From: Chrysomallon squamiferum
Lineage: Eukaryota > Animalia > Mollusca
Direction: 5' to 3'
Length of the DNA stretch: 64,000 nucleotides
NCBI GenBank assembly: GCA_012295275.1
Contig: CM022667.1
Location: 4,340,001-4,404,000 of the forward strand
Positions 14,201-28,405 of this stretch are shown here, piece after piece. The position numbers and the translations under genes were made by a program. The stretch's first letter is position 1. Every line of letters starts with the position of its first letter. The notes beneath the pieces are model-generated. The model saw nothing but the letters and a program-made list of their open reading frames with translations. It was not told where the DNA came from and did no database searches.

Positions 14201-17200
14201 AACTGGTTTATACTGGAAAAGTCACTATCCTTAAAACTGGTTTATACTGGAAAAGTCACTATCCTTAAAACTGGTTTATACTGGAAAAGTCACTATCCTT
14301 AAAACTGGTTTATACTGGAAAAGTCACTATCCTTAAAACTGGTTTATACTGGAAAAGTCACTAACCTTAAAACTGGTTTATACTGGAAAAGTCACTAACC
14401 TTAAAACTGGTTTATACTGGTTAAGTCACTAACCTTAAAACTGGTTTATACTGGAAAAGTCACTAACCTTAAAACTGGTTTATACTGGAAAAGTCACTAA
14501 CCTTAAAACTGGTTTATACTGGAAAAGTCACTAACCTTAAAACTGGTTTATACTGGAAAAGTCACTATCCTTAAAACTGGATTATACTGGTAAAGTCACT
14601 ATCCTTAAAACTGGTTTATACTGGTTCGGTCACTATCCTTAAAACTGGTTTATACTGGTTCGGTCACTAACCTTAAAACTGGTTTATACTGGTAAAGTCA
14701 TTATCCTTAAAACTGGTTTATACTGGTAAAGTCACTATCCTTAAAACTGGTTTATACTGGAAAAGTCATTAACCTTAAAACTGGTTTATACTGGTAAAGT
14801 CACTAACCTTAAAACTGGTTTATACTGGAAAAGTCACTAACCTTAAAACTGGTTTATACTGGAAAAGTCACTAACTGGGAAAAGTCACTAACCTTAAAAC
14901 TGGTTTATACTGGAAAAGTCACTAACCTTAAAACTGGTTTATACTGGTAAAAAGTCACTATCCTTAAAACTGGTTTATACTGGTAAAACTATCTTAAAAC
15001 TGGTTTATACCTCGGTCAATCCTTAAAACTGGTTTATACTGGTTCGGTCACTAACCTTAAAACTGGTTTATACTGGTAAAGTCACTAACCTTAAAACTGG
15101 TTTATACTGGTAAAGTCACTATCCTTAAAACTGGTTTATACTGGTAAAGTCACTATCCTTAAAACTGGTTTATACTGGTAAAGTCACTAACCTTAAAACT
15201 GGTTTATACTGGAAAAGTCACTAACCTTAAAACTGGTTTATACTGGTAAAGTCACTAACCTTAAAACTGGTTTATACTGGAAAAGTCACTAACCTTAAAA
15301 CTGGTTTATACTGGAAAAGTCACTAACCTTAAAACTGGTTTAACTGGAAAAAAACTGGTTTACTCGGTCACTACCTTAAAACTGGTTTATACTGGAAAAA
15401 AAAGTCACTAACCTTAAAACTCGGTTTATACTGGAAAAGTATCCTTAAAACTGGTTTATACTGGAAAAAGTCACTATCAAAAAACTGGTTTATACTGGAA
15501 AAGTCACCTTAAAACTGGTTTATACTGGAAAAGTCACTAACCTTAAAACTGGTTTATACTGGTTCGGTCACTATCCTTAAAACTGGTTTATACTGGTTCG
15601 GTCACTAACCTTAAAACTGGTTTATACTGGAAAAGTCACTAACCTTAAAACTGGTTTATACTGGAAAAGTCACTAACCTTAAAACTGGTTTATACTGGAA
15701 AAGTCACTAACCTTAAAACTGGTTTATACTGGTTTATAAAACTGGTTTATAAAGTCTTAAAACTAACCTTAAAACTGGTTTATACTGGAAAAGTCACTAA
15801 CCTTAAAACTGGTTTATACTGGTCACTAACCTTAAAACTGGTTTATACTGGTAAAGTCACTATCCTTAAAACTGGATTATACTGGTAAAGTCACTAACCT
15901 TAAAACTGGTATATACTGGTAAAGTCACTAACCTTAAAACTGGTTTATACTGGTTTATAAAACTGGTTTATACTGGAAAAGTCACTAACCTTAAAACTGG
16001 TTTATACTGGTTCGGTCACTAACCTTAAAACTGGTTTATACTGGTAAAGTCACTATCCTTAAAACTGGTTTATACTGGTAAAGTCACTATCCTTAAAACT
16101 GGTTTATACTGGTAAAGTCACTAACCTTAAAACTGGTTTATACTGGTAAAGTCACTAACCTTAAAACTGGTTTATACTGGTAAAGTCACTAACCTTAAAA
16201 CTGGTTTATACTGGTAAAGTCACTATCCTTAAAACTGGTTTATACTGGTAAAGTCACTAACCTTAAAACTCGTTTATACTTGTTCGGTCACTAACCTTAA
16301 AACTGGTTTATACTGGTAAAGTCACTATCCTTAAAACTGGTTTATACTGGTAAAGTCACTAACCTTAAAACTGGTTTATACTGGTAAAGTCACTAACCTT
16401 AAAACTGGTTTATACTGGTAAAGTCACTAACCTTAAAACTGGTTTATACTGGTAAAGTCACTATCCTTAAAACTGGTTTATACTGGTAAAGTCACTAACC
16501 TTAAAACTGGTTTATACTGGAAAAGTCACTAACCTTAAAACTGGTATATACTGGAAATGTCAATAACCTTAAAACTGGTTTATACTGGAAAAGTCACTAT
16601 CCTTAAAACTGGTTTATACTGGTAACGTCACTAACCTTAAAACTGGTTTATACTGGTAAAAGTCAATAACCTTAAAACTCGTTTATACTGGTAAAGTCAC
16701 TATCCTTAAAACTGGTTTATACTGGTAAAGTCACTAACCTTAAAACTGGTTTATACTGGAAAAGTCACTAACCTTAAAACTGGTATATACTGGAAATGTC
16801 AATAACCTTAAAACTGGTTTATACTGGAAAAGTCACTATCCTTAAAACTGGTTTATACTGGTAAAGTCACTAACCTTAAAACTGGTTTATACTGGAAAAG
16901 TCACTAACCTTAAAACTGGTTTATACTGGAAAAGTCACTAACCTTAAAACTGGTTTATACTGGTAAAGTCACTAACCTTAAAACTGGTTTATACTGGTTC
17001 GGTCACTATCCTTAAAACTGGTTTATACTGGTAAAGTCACTAACCTTAAAACTGGTATATACTGGAAAAGTCACTAACCTTAAAATACTGGTAAAGTCAC
17101 TAACCTTAAAACTGGTTTATACTGTAAAGTCACTAACCTTAAAACTGGTATATACTGGTAAAGTCACTAACCTTAAAACTGGTATATACTGGTAAAGTCA

Positions 17201-17350
17201 CTAACCTTAAAACTGGTTTATACTGGTAAAGTCACTAACGTTAAAACTGGTATATACTGGTAAAGTCACTAACATTAAAACTGGTATGTACTGGTAAAGT
17301 CACTAACCTTAAAACTGGTTTATACTGGTAAAGTCACTATCCTTAAAACT
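11255..17350. repeat. 34-bp satellite array, about 180 units (ctggtttatactggtaaagtcactaaccttaaaa)
   Basis: Continuous tandem array with recurring variants (gtaaag/gaaaag/gttcgg; ctaacc/ctatcc). There are no unique spacers. Confidence 0.98.
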
Positions 17351-17446
17351 CGTAGATACTGTAATGTTTAGTCAACGTTCTTAAAACCCATACAAACTCT
17401 AATGTTAGGTCAACGTTCTTAAAACGCATACAAACTCTAATGTTAG

Positions 17447-17583
17447 ATGAACGTCCTGGTACTTGTACAGGCTTCTATCAACACTTAAACACTGGGCAAT
17501 CTGAGATCTGAAAACCACGATATGTACAGATACACCGGCCAGAACCATTACTGGTGTTTATTATTATTGATAATTAAAAACAA
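17447..17583 (+). repeat. Unique ~135-bp tail, direct repeat copy 2
   Basis: Differs from 11117-11250 by one substitution (cacccg vs caccgg) and a small change in the ATT run. Confidence 0.95.
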
Positions 17584-18742
17584 ACACATCAGCAATAAGT
17601 AAGTAAATAAATAACAAAAGAGAAAGCAGAAAATTAAAAACAAAACAAAAAAAACATAAAAAATCACAAAACAACAACTACAACAACAAAAATAAGAAAT
17701 ATTTGTTTTAAAATTTAAAAAATAGAAGAACAAGTAAAAAAATAAAGAGCAGAAATATAGTTTAAAATCTTGCACCTCCTCACAGCCATACCTGCCCTAA
17801 TTACTGCCCCTGAGGCTGCAGTTTCGCTTCTCTTTAATTTTTCATCTCAAAAACTGTAACACTGATTAAACGCGCACACAGCGAGGTTCCTGGTTTGCAG
17901 TCGGTCCAATGACAGGCTGCTACGACTGAGTGATGCTTCTCATGCATGATTGATTGACGAATTATACGTTTTGACAAGAAATGGTTGCCTGTATTAATTT
18001 CTTGCCATCATCAAGGCTGATGAAGAGAGAGAGTTTTCATTCAAATTGGAGTCAGTCAGTCACAGAGATGATAATTTCTGATTACAACACGAACGAGGTT
18101 AAATATTGCATCCTCTGACTTCCCGGCTTCCTCTCAATTCAGTTTCTACTCGGTTTTAATTTTTCTCTCCGTGTGTGAAGATCATAGGACAGGAGGAATT
18201 AGTTCACACCAAGTCTAATTTAAATGATCCATCCATCCTTCCTTCCTTCCTTTCTTTCTTTCTTTCTTTCTTTTTTTTTCTTTTTTTTTTCCTTTTTTCT
18301 TCTTCTTTGTTATTGTTAGTGTTGTCGTTATTATTGCTGTTGCTGTAGTTATTGTTATTATTGTTGTTATTATTATTTTTGCAACACTTATTATGTTGTA
18401 GTTATTATTATTGTTGTTCTTACTGTTATCATAGTTATTGCAACTCTTAGTACTACTACTACTATTATCATCATCATCATCATTATTTATTTTTGCAAAC
18501 GCTATTCAAAGACTTATCCATCCATCGATTTTTTCGTAAAAAATAACATTTATATAGAATATATTCTACCCTGTTACTTAGGAGCCATTAACTATTCATT
18601 CATTCACTTATGCTCTTCAGCTTCTTCATTAGCAATTATAACAACAATAACCACCAAGTGTTGTTCCCAGTTCTAAGAAGACAAACTGTTCTAACGAGAA
18701 ATTCGAAAATTTGTGTCGGGGGAAAAACATTTCCTCGTTTCG

Positions 18743-18764
18743 TGACCTCGCGACCTCGTGACCT
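18743..18764 (-). promoter_or_regulatory. Triple nuclear-receptor half-site array (tandem DR2)
   Basis: The minus strand reads AGGTCA-cg-AGGTCG-cg-AGGTCA. Motif only. Confidence 0.4.
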
Positions 18765-19161
18765 GTTTCCCGTAGTTTATTGGCGACAGCCGAGATACAT
18801 TTGATTTAAACACACGTTAAGCTGGCAAGATTAAAAGTTGGATCACTGATCTTGTAACCGTTAGGAACGTTATCTCCGAACATCTTCAAGTATGCGTCTA
18901 TTTCTGGCCATCAAAGAATGCAGACTGGGAGCCATCAGAGCATTCCGTCTGTCCGATTATCTGGCGTCCATCTTGTTAATAACGTGGCCCACTTTTGCGC
19001 AGTCGTAGCAGTTGTAGTTCTCATTGTTCGGGAGAGAGATTAATGTGGTGGTGGGTGATGATGGTCAACTTTTAGTCGAGTTATTGAAGTTAATCGATTT
19101 TCTGTTGTTAATGTATGTGTGTAGCATGTGATAATATATGTGTTTTAGCAAGTATGTGTTT

Positions 19162-19236
<75 letters not shown>

Positions 19237-20406
19237 ATAAGAATATTGATGAACAATCTGCAGTAATTGGAACAATTTAGATGGGACTGGTTGAAAAGTC
19301 TAGTGACTAGCCGAGTAACCTGTTTAGTGTCAGACCAGTTTTCCAGTGTGCTGGAGATGATAAACGAAATGACCAACTGACTGCATTGCTGACTGACCAG
19401 CGGTCAACTGATAGATTAATCTACTCACAGACAGACAGACACTTATATTTATCTGAAATAACAGAATTATTATGAGACTTATTTATTTAATCAGTTCTTC
19501 CTTTCTTAAATCCACCTCAGATGAATATTCAGAAAATAATATTTACTGACAGATGATAATATTAATGAGACGCTGTGGATAAAATCTTTTTTTTTTTTTT
19601 TTTTTTTTTTTTTTCCTAGCGTACAAAATCTCTAACGAGGGTTTTTGTTGTGTTGTCTCTCATCCTTTCAGTTTCTCATATCAAGATCAATTTTTCCTTT
19701 ATTGTCTCTTTTTATCTCGTCCTGATCTAAAGACTTCGAAATAACGACAGCGACTCTGTTTTAATTCTGGCACTCCAGTGTGACAGTCTCGATGTTTTAT
19801 CATTTATTTTCTCTTCTCGTCCTTTTAATGGTTCCGTGTTCCGCGCGCCATCAATTTGTTCTTATCAAGAAGCCAGCAAATGACTGCTTTCAAGACGCGA
19901 CACGAACTCTAACTGTCTGTTGACAGAAACAGGAAGCAGCTTTGTCGTCCATATTGGTGTTAATTCCTCCATTGTGGTGCTCTATAGTCTTGTTTCGTTT
20001 GCTGTGTAATGAGAGTTGATTGTATTAAACGTAATCCATTTTCAGACAGATAATTGCTGTACGATGTATGGAGAGATTAATAAACTAAAATGTGAGAAAC
20101 TGGAATCCATTAAGATCAAAAAGAAAGTATTAAAAGTTTATTACTAACAGCGAAAAAAAAAAAAAGAGAGAAATGTTTTGAATCGCGCTCAAGGCTGTGA
20201 AATTAATAGTTAAATTATTTATTAATGTTTTACAATTAATGTAGCAAATATTCACGCTTATTCAAATAAACAGTAATAAAATTTATCTTGTACGCCTAAT
20301 TTGACGTTCAAACTCGTCTAACATGAAACAAGACACCGAATCAACCCTTTCCAGCAGACACTTCATGAATTTTCTCATTCCAACAAGTGATCCCCAAACC
20401 TAAGAC

Positions 20407-20445
<39 letters not shown>

Positions 20446-20575
20446 CTTTTTTTTTTTTTAAAGTATTGAACTGACGTTATGTATGTTTATATATATCTGT
20501 ATCATGTAAAGATAAATGCACTTTCGGCCCTTCCCTTCTAATTTTCATCATCATTTATTTACTTAACGTGATACA

Positions 20576-20622
<47 letters not shown>

Positions 20623-21262
20623 GTGACATATGGGAGGAAAGTAAACATATTCTGTTATTTTTATCACAGAGCAAACCAGGGATCACGTAAATACATGTAA
20701 CTTCGATAAACCAGTCAAAAACATGCAACGTGCAGATTTGGAAGGGCGGATGGGTGAATGAATGAATAGATAAATGAATGGATGGATGGATGGATAAATG
20801 AATGAATGGATGGATGGTTTGGTGGGTGGATGACAGAACTTTGGATGGATTGATGAATGGATGTGGATGACAACCTGGGAAACGGTAAACTTTCCTTCAA
20901 CGGAGACGTATGCAAGAACAAAGTGAGAAAAACAAAAAATAACACCAAAGAATCAAATAAATTATATTTCATATTTTCTACAGGCTTCCATTTCCTTCTT
21001 CTTTTTTTCTGTAAGCTTTGTGTCTGAACTGGACTCTGTAAAACAGCAGTGAATGTTCAAACTTGTCGTAAAGAGAGACGTATGGACTTTACGTGCAATT
21101 TCACGTCTTTGGGCAAACATCGCTAGATTGCTGACACGACTCCAGTATATTTGTTCTAAAACTCACGAAGCAGACAACACGGATATAACAGTTTTTGTTT
21201 ATGCTGTGGTTAAGCATCCGAATAGGCCGTACTTTAAGAAAGTCATTAATATTTCTTCCAAT

Positions 21263-21303
<41 letters not shown>

Positions 21304-21326
21304 GCTGTTATTATACCAGTTATGTA

Positions 21327-21358
<32 letters not shown>

Positions 21359-21651
21359 TTTTTTTTTTTTTTTTTTTTTACGGTTGAAATCCGTTCTTGT
21401 TAAATAAATAAATCTTTAACGAAATGGTGAAGAATTTCTTGTTACGTCTTTCATACGTGAACAGATTATACTGAATTATTTAATTATTTGCTGCGGAACT
21501 GTTATGGCGGCGTTAAAGTGGAATTTCTGTGTCTGCAGCTGCTGTAGTTAGACAGAAAATGTTTGTAAATCTTTTTGAACTTACTGAACTTCAAAAAAAA
21601 AGGAATGAATAAATAAATAAATAATTGAAAATGAGAATTAGAAAAAGTTTA

Positions 21652-21707
<56 letters not shown>

Positions 21708-22349
21708 GTAATAATAATAATAATAAAATGCAAATCTTCAAAAATAAATGAATTTTTAGATTTTGTTTTCAAGAAAATAGAGATAGCTTTCTGATTTGAG
21801 TAGTAAATGACAACAGTTAATGACAAATTCTTGTCTTCTAAGAACCTGTACTATTTCTACTGCTACTACTACTACTATTATAGTTTCTACTATTACTTTT
21901 ATATATTCTTTACTTATTACTACAATTGGTATTACTACTAATAATAATTCTGGCACTAGAACTAACAATACCACTTCTATTTCGGGTACTACTACTACTA
22001 CTACTTCTATTATTACTACTAATACAGCATCTACTACTACCACACAGAGTAACAATTACAATGACACCTACAATACAACAAGAATAATAAAACAACAATA
22101 ATAAAACAAGACTATCATATATCTCTTCTGTATTTAATTTTTAAATACATTTTTTCTATGTGACTATTCTGTACTCTGCACCAGGTGAGAACTAATTATC
22201 ACAGGAAATTAATTTCGCTTCACTAACAAGTTTCAATGAGGGAATGTTTTTTCCGCTTTGTTACAAATTATGTGTGTTAATTGTTTTCATTTGGAAGTCT
22301 GGGATTATTACCTGGCGAAAGAATTTTATTGTTAATTATTTTTTTACAG

Positions 22350-22377
22350 GTGCGCATACCAACAAACCCGAGAGAAG
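22350..22377 (+). CDS. Candidate 28-nt internal exon (GAHTNKPER-R or VRIPTNPRE) of an unidentified gene
   Basis: A GC-balanced island in AT-rich DNA, bounded by tgttaattattttttttacAG and AAG|GTgata. The phase-2 end fits both acceptors at 28083 and 28206. No homology recognised. Confidence 0.33.
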
Positions 22378-23140
22378 GTGATATTTTTATTTTTATTTTT
22401 ATTTTATATTTTATTTTATATTATATGGTTTTTTTTAACGATTGATTTTTATAAGTTATCTAAGTTATTATATATGTATTTTAATTTACTTTCGTTGTTT
22501 TATTTTTATTTATTTATTTTATTTGTTTACTTGTTTTGTGTTAATGGAATTTTGCAACCAGTTTTACATTATTATTGTTGTTGTTGTTGTTGCTGTTATC
22601 ATTATTGTTGTTGTTGTTCTTATTAATACTATTACTACCATTCTACTATAAATTCTACACTATTCTAAGTATTTTACTGTCACTACTACTACTAGCTACT
22701 ACTATTACAACTACTAGGACTACTGTAATTTCTATTACTACTTGAAACAGTAATGTTATTACTACTACTCTAAATTCTAAATCTGTTATTGTTGCTGTTA
22801 TTATTATTATTATTATTGTGTGCTATTATGTTATATATAATCATAGTTCCATTTAGATCACTTGAATTAATTTCTAATTTTATTTTTATTTTTTTTTTTT
22901 TTTTTTTTTATTTTTATTTTTTTTTATAATAATAATTATTATTATTATTATTTTTTTATTTTTTTTTATCAACAATAATCATTTTTTATTTCCTTTATTC
23001 CTGCATTTTCCTATTTTGTTATTCCTCTATTCCTGCATTTTCCTATTTTGTTTTTCCTCTGTGCGTGTTTTTGTTTTCTCATTTCGTCTACAAGTCGGAT
23101 AACAGCGGGAAGCGCAACTCTTTCAAAAAGTTCTAAAATT

Positions 23141-23780
23141 ACGACATCTTCTGTAACGTTTAAAACATCTTCTGTAATGTTTAAAACATCTTCTGTAACT
23201 TTTAAAACATGTTCAGTAACGTTTAAAACATGTTCAGTAACTTTTAAAACATCTTCAGTAACTTTTAAAACATCTGTAACTTTTAAAACATCTAAAACTT
23301 TTAAAACATCTTCTGTAACTTTTAAAACATCTTCTGTAACGTTTAAAATATCTTCTGTAATGTTTAAAACATCTTCTGTAACGTTTAAAATATCTTCTGT
23401 AATGTTTAAAACATCTTCTGTAACGTTTAAAACATCTTCTGTAACTTTTAAAATAGCTTCTGTAACTTTTAAAACATGTTCAGTAACGTTTAGAACATCT
23501 GTAACTTTTAAAACATCTAAAACTTTTAAAACATCTTCTGTAACTATTAAAACATCTTCAGTAACTTTTAAAACATCTTCAGTAACTTCTAAAACATCTT
23601 CAGTAACGTTTTAAAAATCTTCTGTAACTTTTAAAACATCTTCAGTAACTATTAAAACATCTGTAACTTTTAAAACATCTTCAGTAACATTTAAAACATC
23701 TGTAACTTTTAAAACATCTTCAGTAACTGTTAAAACATCTTCAGTAACTTTTAAAACATCTTCTGTAACTTTTAAAACTT
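23141..23780. repeat. 21-bp minisatellite (acatcttctgtaacttttaaa) with 18-bp variants, about 30 units
   Basis: Direct tandem repeat that explains the TSSVTFK-repeat ORF 23048-23614. Confidence 0.96.
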
Positions 23781-24864
23781 ATAAATTTGCTTCAGTGTCT
23801 TTCAGATAAATGGAATTTCTTACAGAACTGACTGGAAGTGGGCGAAACGACACAGTTTATTTATTTTTATTTTATTTTTTGTTTCCACTTTAAATTACAA
23901 CTGTCTTCATTCTGAATCATCATCATACTTATATCGTTTGTACAGTTTACGTCTGATGTTTTCTTAACATGTAGAAATGTCAGCTCAGTGATGTGTTGTG
24001 TGTAGATTTTTTCGCAGGTCACGGATAAAGTCAGACAGAAGGAATATTTGTGTGTTTATCACACTGTGACAGCAGAAGATGTTTTTGATGAGTGTCTGTC
24101 GATGTGTGAGATATTTGTTTGAAGCGAGTGAACGTTCACTGAGGGGAATTTGAAGTGAAAACGTTTACAAACTGATACAAGTATAACTAAACGTAGATGA
24201 GTAATTCTACTTGTACAGATTTTTTATGATTCATATAACAATAAATAAATAAAAAGAAAAAAACAATAAAGGGGGTGATAATAATAATAATTAATTAATT
24301 AATTAATTAATTAAAATAAAATAAATAGAATAAAATAAAAAGTTACTTACATACACACATACATTTATATCTACATGTATCTAACTATACGTATTCATTA
24401 TATAAATATATTACATTTTTGTTATTATTTCGAATTGGTATTATTATTACTGGATTTTGTGAGGTCAGTTTTTTTTTTTTTTTCACACAAATAAAACTTT
24501 TCTTATTTCTCTGTTATTTACACTAAAATGAAAAATGTTTTTTGCCCACTTAATCGCTAATAAAATGTTTTTCTTAATCTAAGAATAAACAAATTTAAAA
24601 GAAAAAAAAACAGAGAAAACAAAAAAGTAAAAAGAAAGAAACAAAAACAAACAAAAATAAAGAAAAACACACACGATACTTCAAAACCCCCAAAACACAT
24701 CGGAATAAGAATATCTCTAAATTCCTCCTTATCTGCTAAAGCACCAAAGCTGCATTTACAGCTTTTGTTCCCGTATCAATTTAGGACTGTATAAATATTT
24801 GGATTTCTTTTCTTCCATGTCAAGCGCAGTGAACTTTACGTTTTTCAGTACATTTCATTGCCTG

Positions 24865-25311
24865 GAAGATTCACTTGGCTATATAAGTAGAAGATTCAGT
24901 TGACTATATGAGTAGAAGATTCAGTTGACTATATAAGTAGAAGATTCAGTTGACTATATGAGTAGAAGATTCACTTGGCTATATGAGTAGAAGATTCAGA
25001 TGACTATATGAGTAGAAGATTCAGATGACTATATAAGTAGAAGATTCAGATGACTATATAAGTAGAAGATTCAGTTGACTGTATAAGTAGAAGATTCAGA
25101 TGACTATATAAGTAGAAGATTCACTTGGCTATATAAGTAGAAGATTCAGATGATTATATGAGTAGAAGATTCAGTTGACTATATAAGTAGAAGATTCAGT
25201 TGACTATATGAGTAGAAGATTCACTTGGCTATATAAGTAGAAGATTCAGATGACTATATGAGTAGAAGATTCAGTCGACTATATGAGTAGAAGATTAAAC
25301 AGTAGAAGATT
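24865..25311. repeat. 25-bp minisatellite (agtagaagattcagttgactatatr), about 17 units
   Basis: Period of 25 checked (24911 to 24936). Degenerate copies continue to about 25412. Confidence 0.96.
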
Positions 25312-25639
25312 CTTTTATTTTAGAAGATTCAGTTTTTTATATTGTTATTAATGAATGATATTTTTGAAGATTTTGACTTATCAGTAGAAGATTCAGTTTA
25401 CTATATAAGTAGAGTTCTGAGTATATAATCTAAATCTTCGTTTATTAGAAAGCTATTAATAAACATTTCTTTTATTTTCTATTTTCTTTTTTCTATTGTT
25501 ATAATGAATGATTTTTTGATTTTTATTATTATTATTTTCTTAGCATTTTGGTGCATTTTATTGTGTATATTGTGTGTATGTGTGTGTGTGCGTCTGTGTG
25601 TCAGTTCATATACCGAAAACAGCTTTTATATTTCATCTT

Positions 25640-25709
<70 letters not shown>
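25640..25709. repeat. (TATC)n microsatellite
   Basis: Pure tetranucleotide run followed by (CTGT)n. Confidence 0.97.
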
Positions 25710-25710
<1 letters not shown>

Positions 25711-27684
25711 CTCTATCTGTCTGTCTGTCTGTCTCTATATGGGACCTATGTATGTGAATATTTATATATATAGTTGTATTGTGTTTTTTTTGTTTTTGAA
25801 CGTTATGCCATTATTACTGCTCTACTACGTCTTTGTTTTGTTGAGAAACCTAAAGAACGTAAAAACGCAGTGTTACTGTAAACGGTTTTAAAACGAGTTC
25901 ATCGCGCTGCATTGATCTCACTTCCGGTGACGTCTGCTCACTAAAATCCGATTCACCAGCGACATGTTACAAACAAATATTTGAAAATTCAGTCTGGGTT
26001 TTGCCCTCAGTAAACTGTGCCCCAGAGTCTTTCTTTCTTTCTTAGATTTTCTTTTTTTTTTCTTTTTTGTCTCCTCAAATTCTTCCTTCTGATTACCTCG
26101 TAGCGGTGAATTTGATCCTGATTAATGAAGTTAAACTAGCTGTTGCATTCAAAGAAGAATGAAGTGGAATTGATTGTTGAGAAGAAAGTGGAGGGTCTTT
26201 CAGTGCGCAGATTCAGGCCCATTGAAGGATTATACCTCAGAAGAGACCAATATTCCCTGATAACAGAACCAGCGTGCTTTGTAAGAGGGAATGATTATTT
26301 TAATAGCAGTTATGTAACAATATTTGTCTTCATTTTTTTTGTATTACGTCCTGCAAATACCGTTCATAATCTTATGAAACGACTTCATTCTTGTTGAAAG
26401 TGTTAAGAGACAAACAGAAAAAAAAAAAAAAAAAAAAAAAAAATAGAAATGAAAATAAAAACAGAAGCAATAAAAATGAAATTAAGAAATGAAAAGTAAA
26501 ATTTAAACAAGATCTTTTTTTTTTTTTTCTGTTTTCTTTTAGTTGTAGCTAATTTATTTCTATAAACGATTCTAATTTTCAGTAAATTTTTTTTTTTTTT
26601 TAATTAATAGTCAAGGACAGATTACTACTATTACATATTTGCTTATGGTTTGGACAAATACGTTTTCTAAAATTAAAAAAGCATTTGAAAAATAATAATA
26701 ATAATAATAAACATTATTCAGACGATATCAAAGTTTATTATATAGCTGGCTATGTTTTATTGTTTCTCCACTCCCCCCCCCGTCCCCTCACCGTGACTTG
26801 TAACATCCACCAGCTCTCTACGTCATAGCACGCGGTACGAATACGTCTGCTTGGCAGACGTGAACGAGAAATGTGTCTGTTTCTGCTACAGACTGAACGT
26901 TGTATAAAGAGAAACATCCATTAACGTGTTTTCTACAAGTTGTTCTGTGTTCGAGTCCGTTAAATAAAACATGCACTGTTCATCGTTAATCTCTTCTGCC
27001 CGAAGTAAACAGTGAATTTTATTTATTTATTTGTCTATTTTATTTTATTTTATTTTATTTTATTTTTTTTTTTTTTTATTTTATTTTTTTTTGATTTAAA
27101 AGAAAGAAAAAAGATGTTGTTGAAATCGGTAAATGTGTGGTTTATAAATAAAAATTAGAATTAAAAGTTCAGAGAAAAAAGAAAAAATACGAGAAGAACG
27201 AAGAAGAAGAAATTTAAGCAATTACTCTGCCACACCCTGCCAGCAACAACATCTACACAACAACAACAACAAAATAATAATAATAATAGAATTAGTACTA
27301 GTACTAGAGGCAGTAATCGTTGTTGATGGTTCATTATTATTATTATTACAGAGAAGAAAAAAAACAAGAGATCTTAAAAAAAAAAAAAAAAGAAACCAAC
27401 AATAAAAATAAATTTAAAGTTAAAAAAAAAATAATCTTTAAAAAAACAACAAAAAAAAAAAACATCTCTTGTTAATCTTGATTTTGTATGTTTGTTACGT
27501 GTTGTGTTTTTTCAGGACTGACAAATGAATGTTTTTATTTAACTGCGTAATGCTCGGTTCAGCTAAAGCAATCTGATGAAACATCAAAGCTCTGTTTTTA
27601 GTACATGTCCTTGTACTGGGCTGTAAAATTTAAAATTTTATTTGTTTTCTTTTGAACGTTGGTTCGTTTTTTTATGGGATTTAA

Positions 27685-27720
<36 letters not shown>

Positions 27721-28083
27721 CTAGGATATTTTTGTGTGCTTTATATTTTTGCGGTTAATTTGTGTTAATATAGTTTTTGGAAAACATTTTCATATGTTAT
27801 TATTACTGCCACTACGTGTACTACTACTACTACTACTGCTTCTTCTTCTACTATTATACTACTACTACTACTAATAATAATAATAGTAGTAGTAATAGTA
27901 GTGGTAGTAGTAGTGGTAGTAGTATGCGTAGTGGTACTAATAATAACATGAAAATGTATTCGAAAAACTCTATTAACACTAATTAACCAAATAAATAATG
28001 TGTGAATCTATCGCTCTTTCATTCATTTTCTCTTTCTTTTCTGTCTCTTTCACTCTGCTTCTCTCTCTCTCTCTCTGGCACAG

Positions 28084-28405
28084 ATATACACACAGCACAC
28101 TGACACTACGTAAACCTGTCAGGCTTTCTGCTGTACAGTTGAATCCATTCATTAGACTGGACGATATCTTGTAGTTCTGCATTATTTTGTTTGACTGCTC
28201 TAACAGAAACCCACTACTCCATCAAAGACCCCCTCTTCATTCAAACAGCGAGCCCGCCTCTCCATCACAGAACTGTCACTCCGTCAGCGACCCATCGCCG
28301 TGTCCGACAACATCCACCACGTCGTCGGACCACTACCACAGCGCCAATGATACTCACAGTTTAACTTTTCCACTTGACGTTTTTTCACGTCTGACGCTAT
28401 CGTAA
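28084..28405 (+). CDS. Candidate terminal coding exon(s): YTHSTLTLRKPVRLSAVQLNPFIRLDDIL* (28084-28174) and in-frame NPLLHQRPPLHSNSEPASP...FPLDVFSRLTLS* (28207-28405)
   Basis: Long polypyrimidine tract plus cacAG at 28082-83, and a second same-phase acceptor ctaacAG at 28205-06. The sequence is GC-richer and non-repetitive, and AATAAA overlaps the TAA stop. No gene family recognised. Confidence 0.35.

Noticed and set aside
11255-17350. 34-bp array as a CRISPR array
   Set aside because: Units are head-to-tail with no unique spacers, there are no cas genes, and the context is eukaryotic.
11040-17583. Flanking ~200-bp direct repeats as LTRs of a retroelement
   Set aside because: No TG...CA termini, PBS, PPT, TSD or internal coding sequence; better explained as tandem duplication of a satellite cassette.
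23048-23614. 188-aa TSSVTFK-repeat ORF (and the antisense LKVTEDV heptad frame) as a real protein
   Set aside because: It follows from a 21-bp period; the 18-bp variants are TCT slippage; both frames hit a stop at ~23612 while the array continues; the start is a non-ATG codon.
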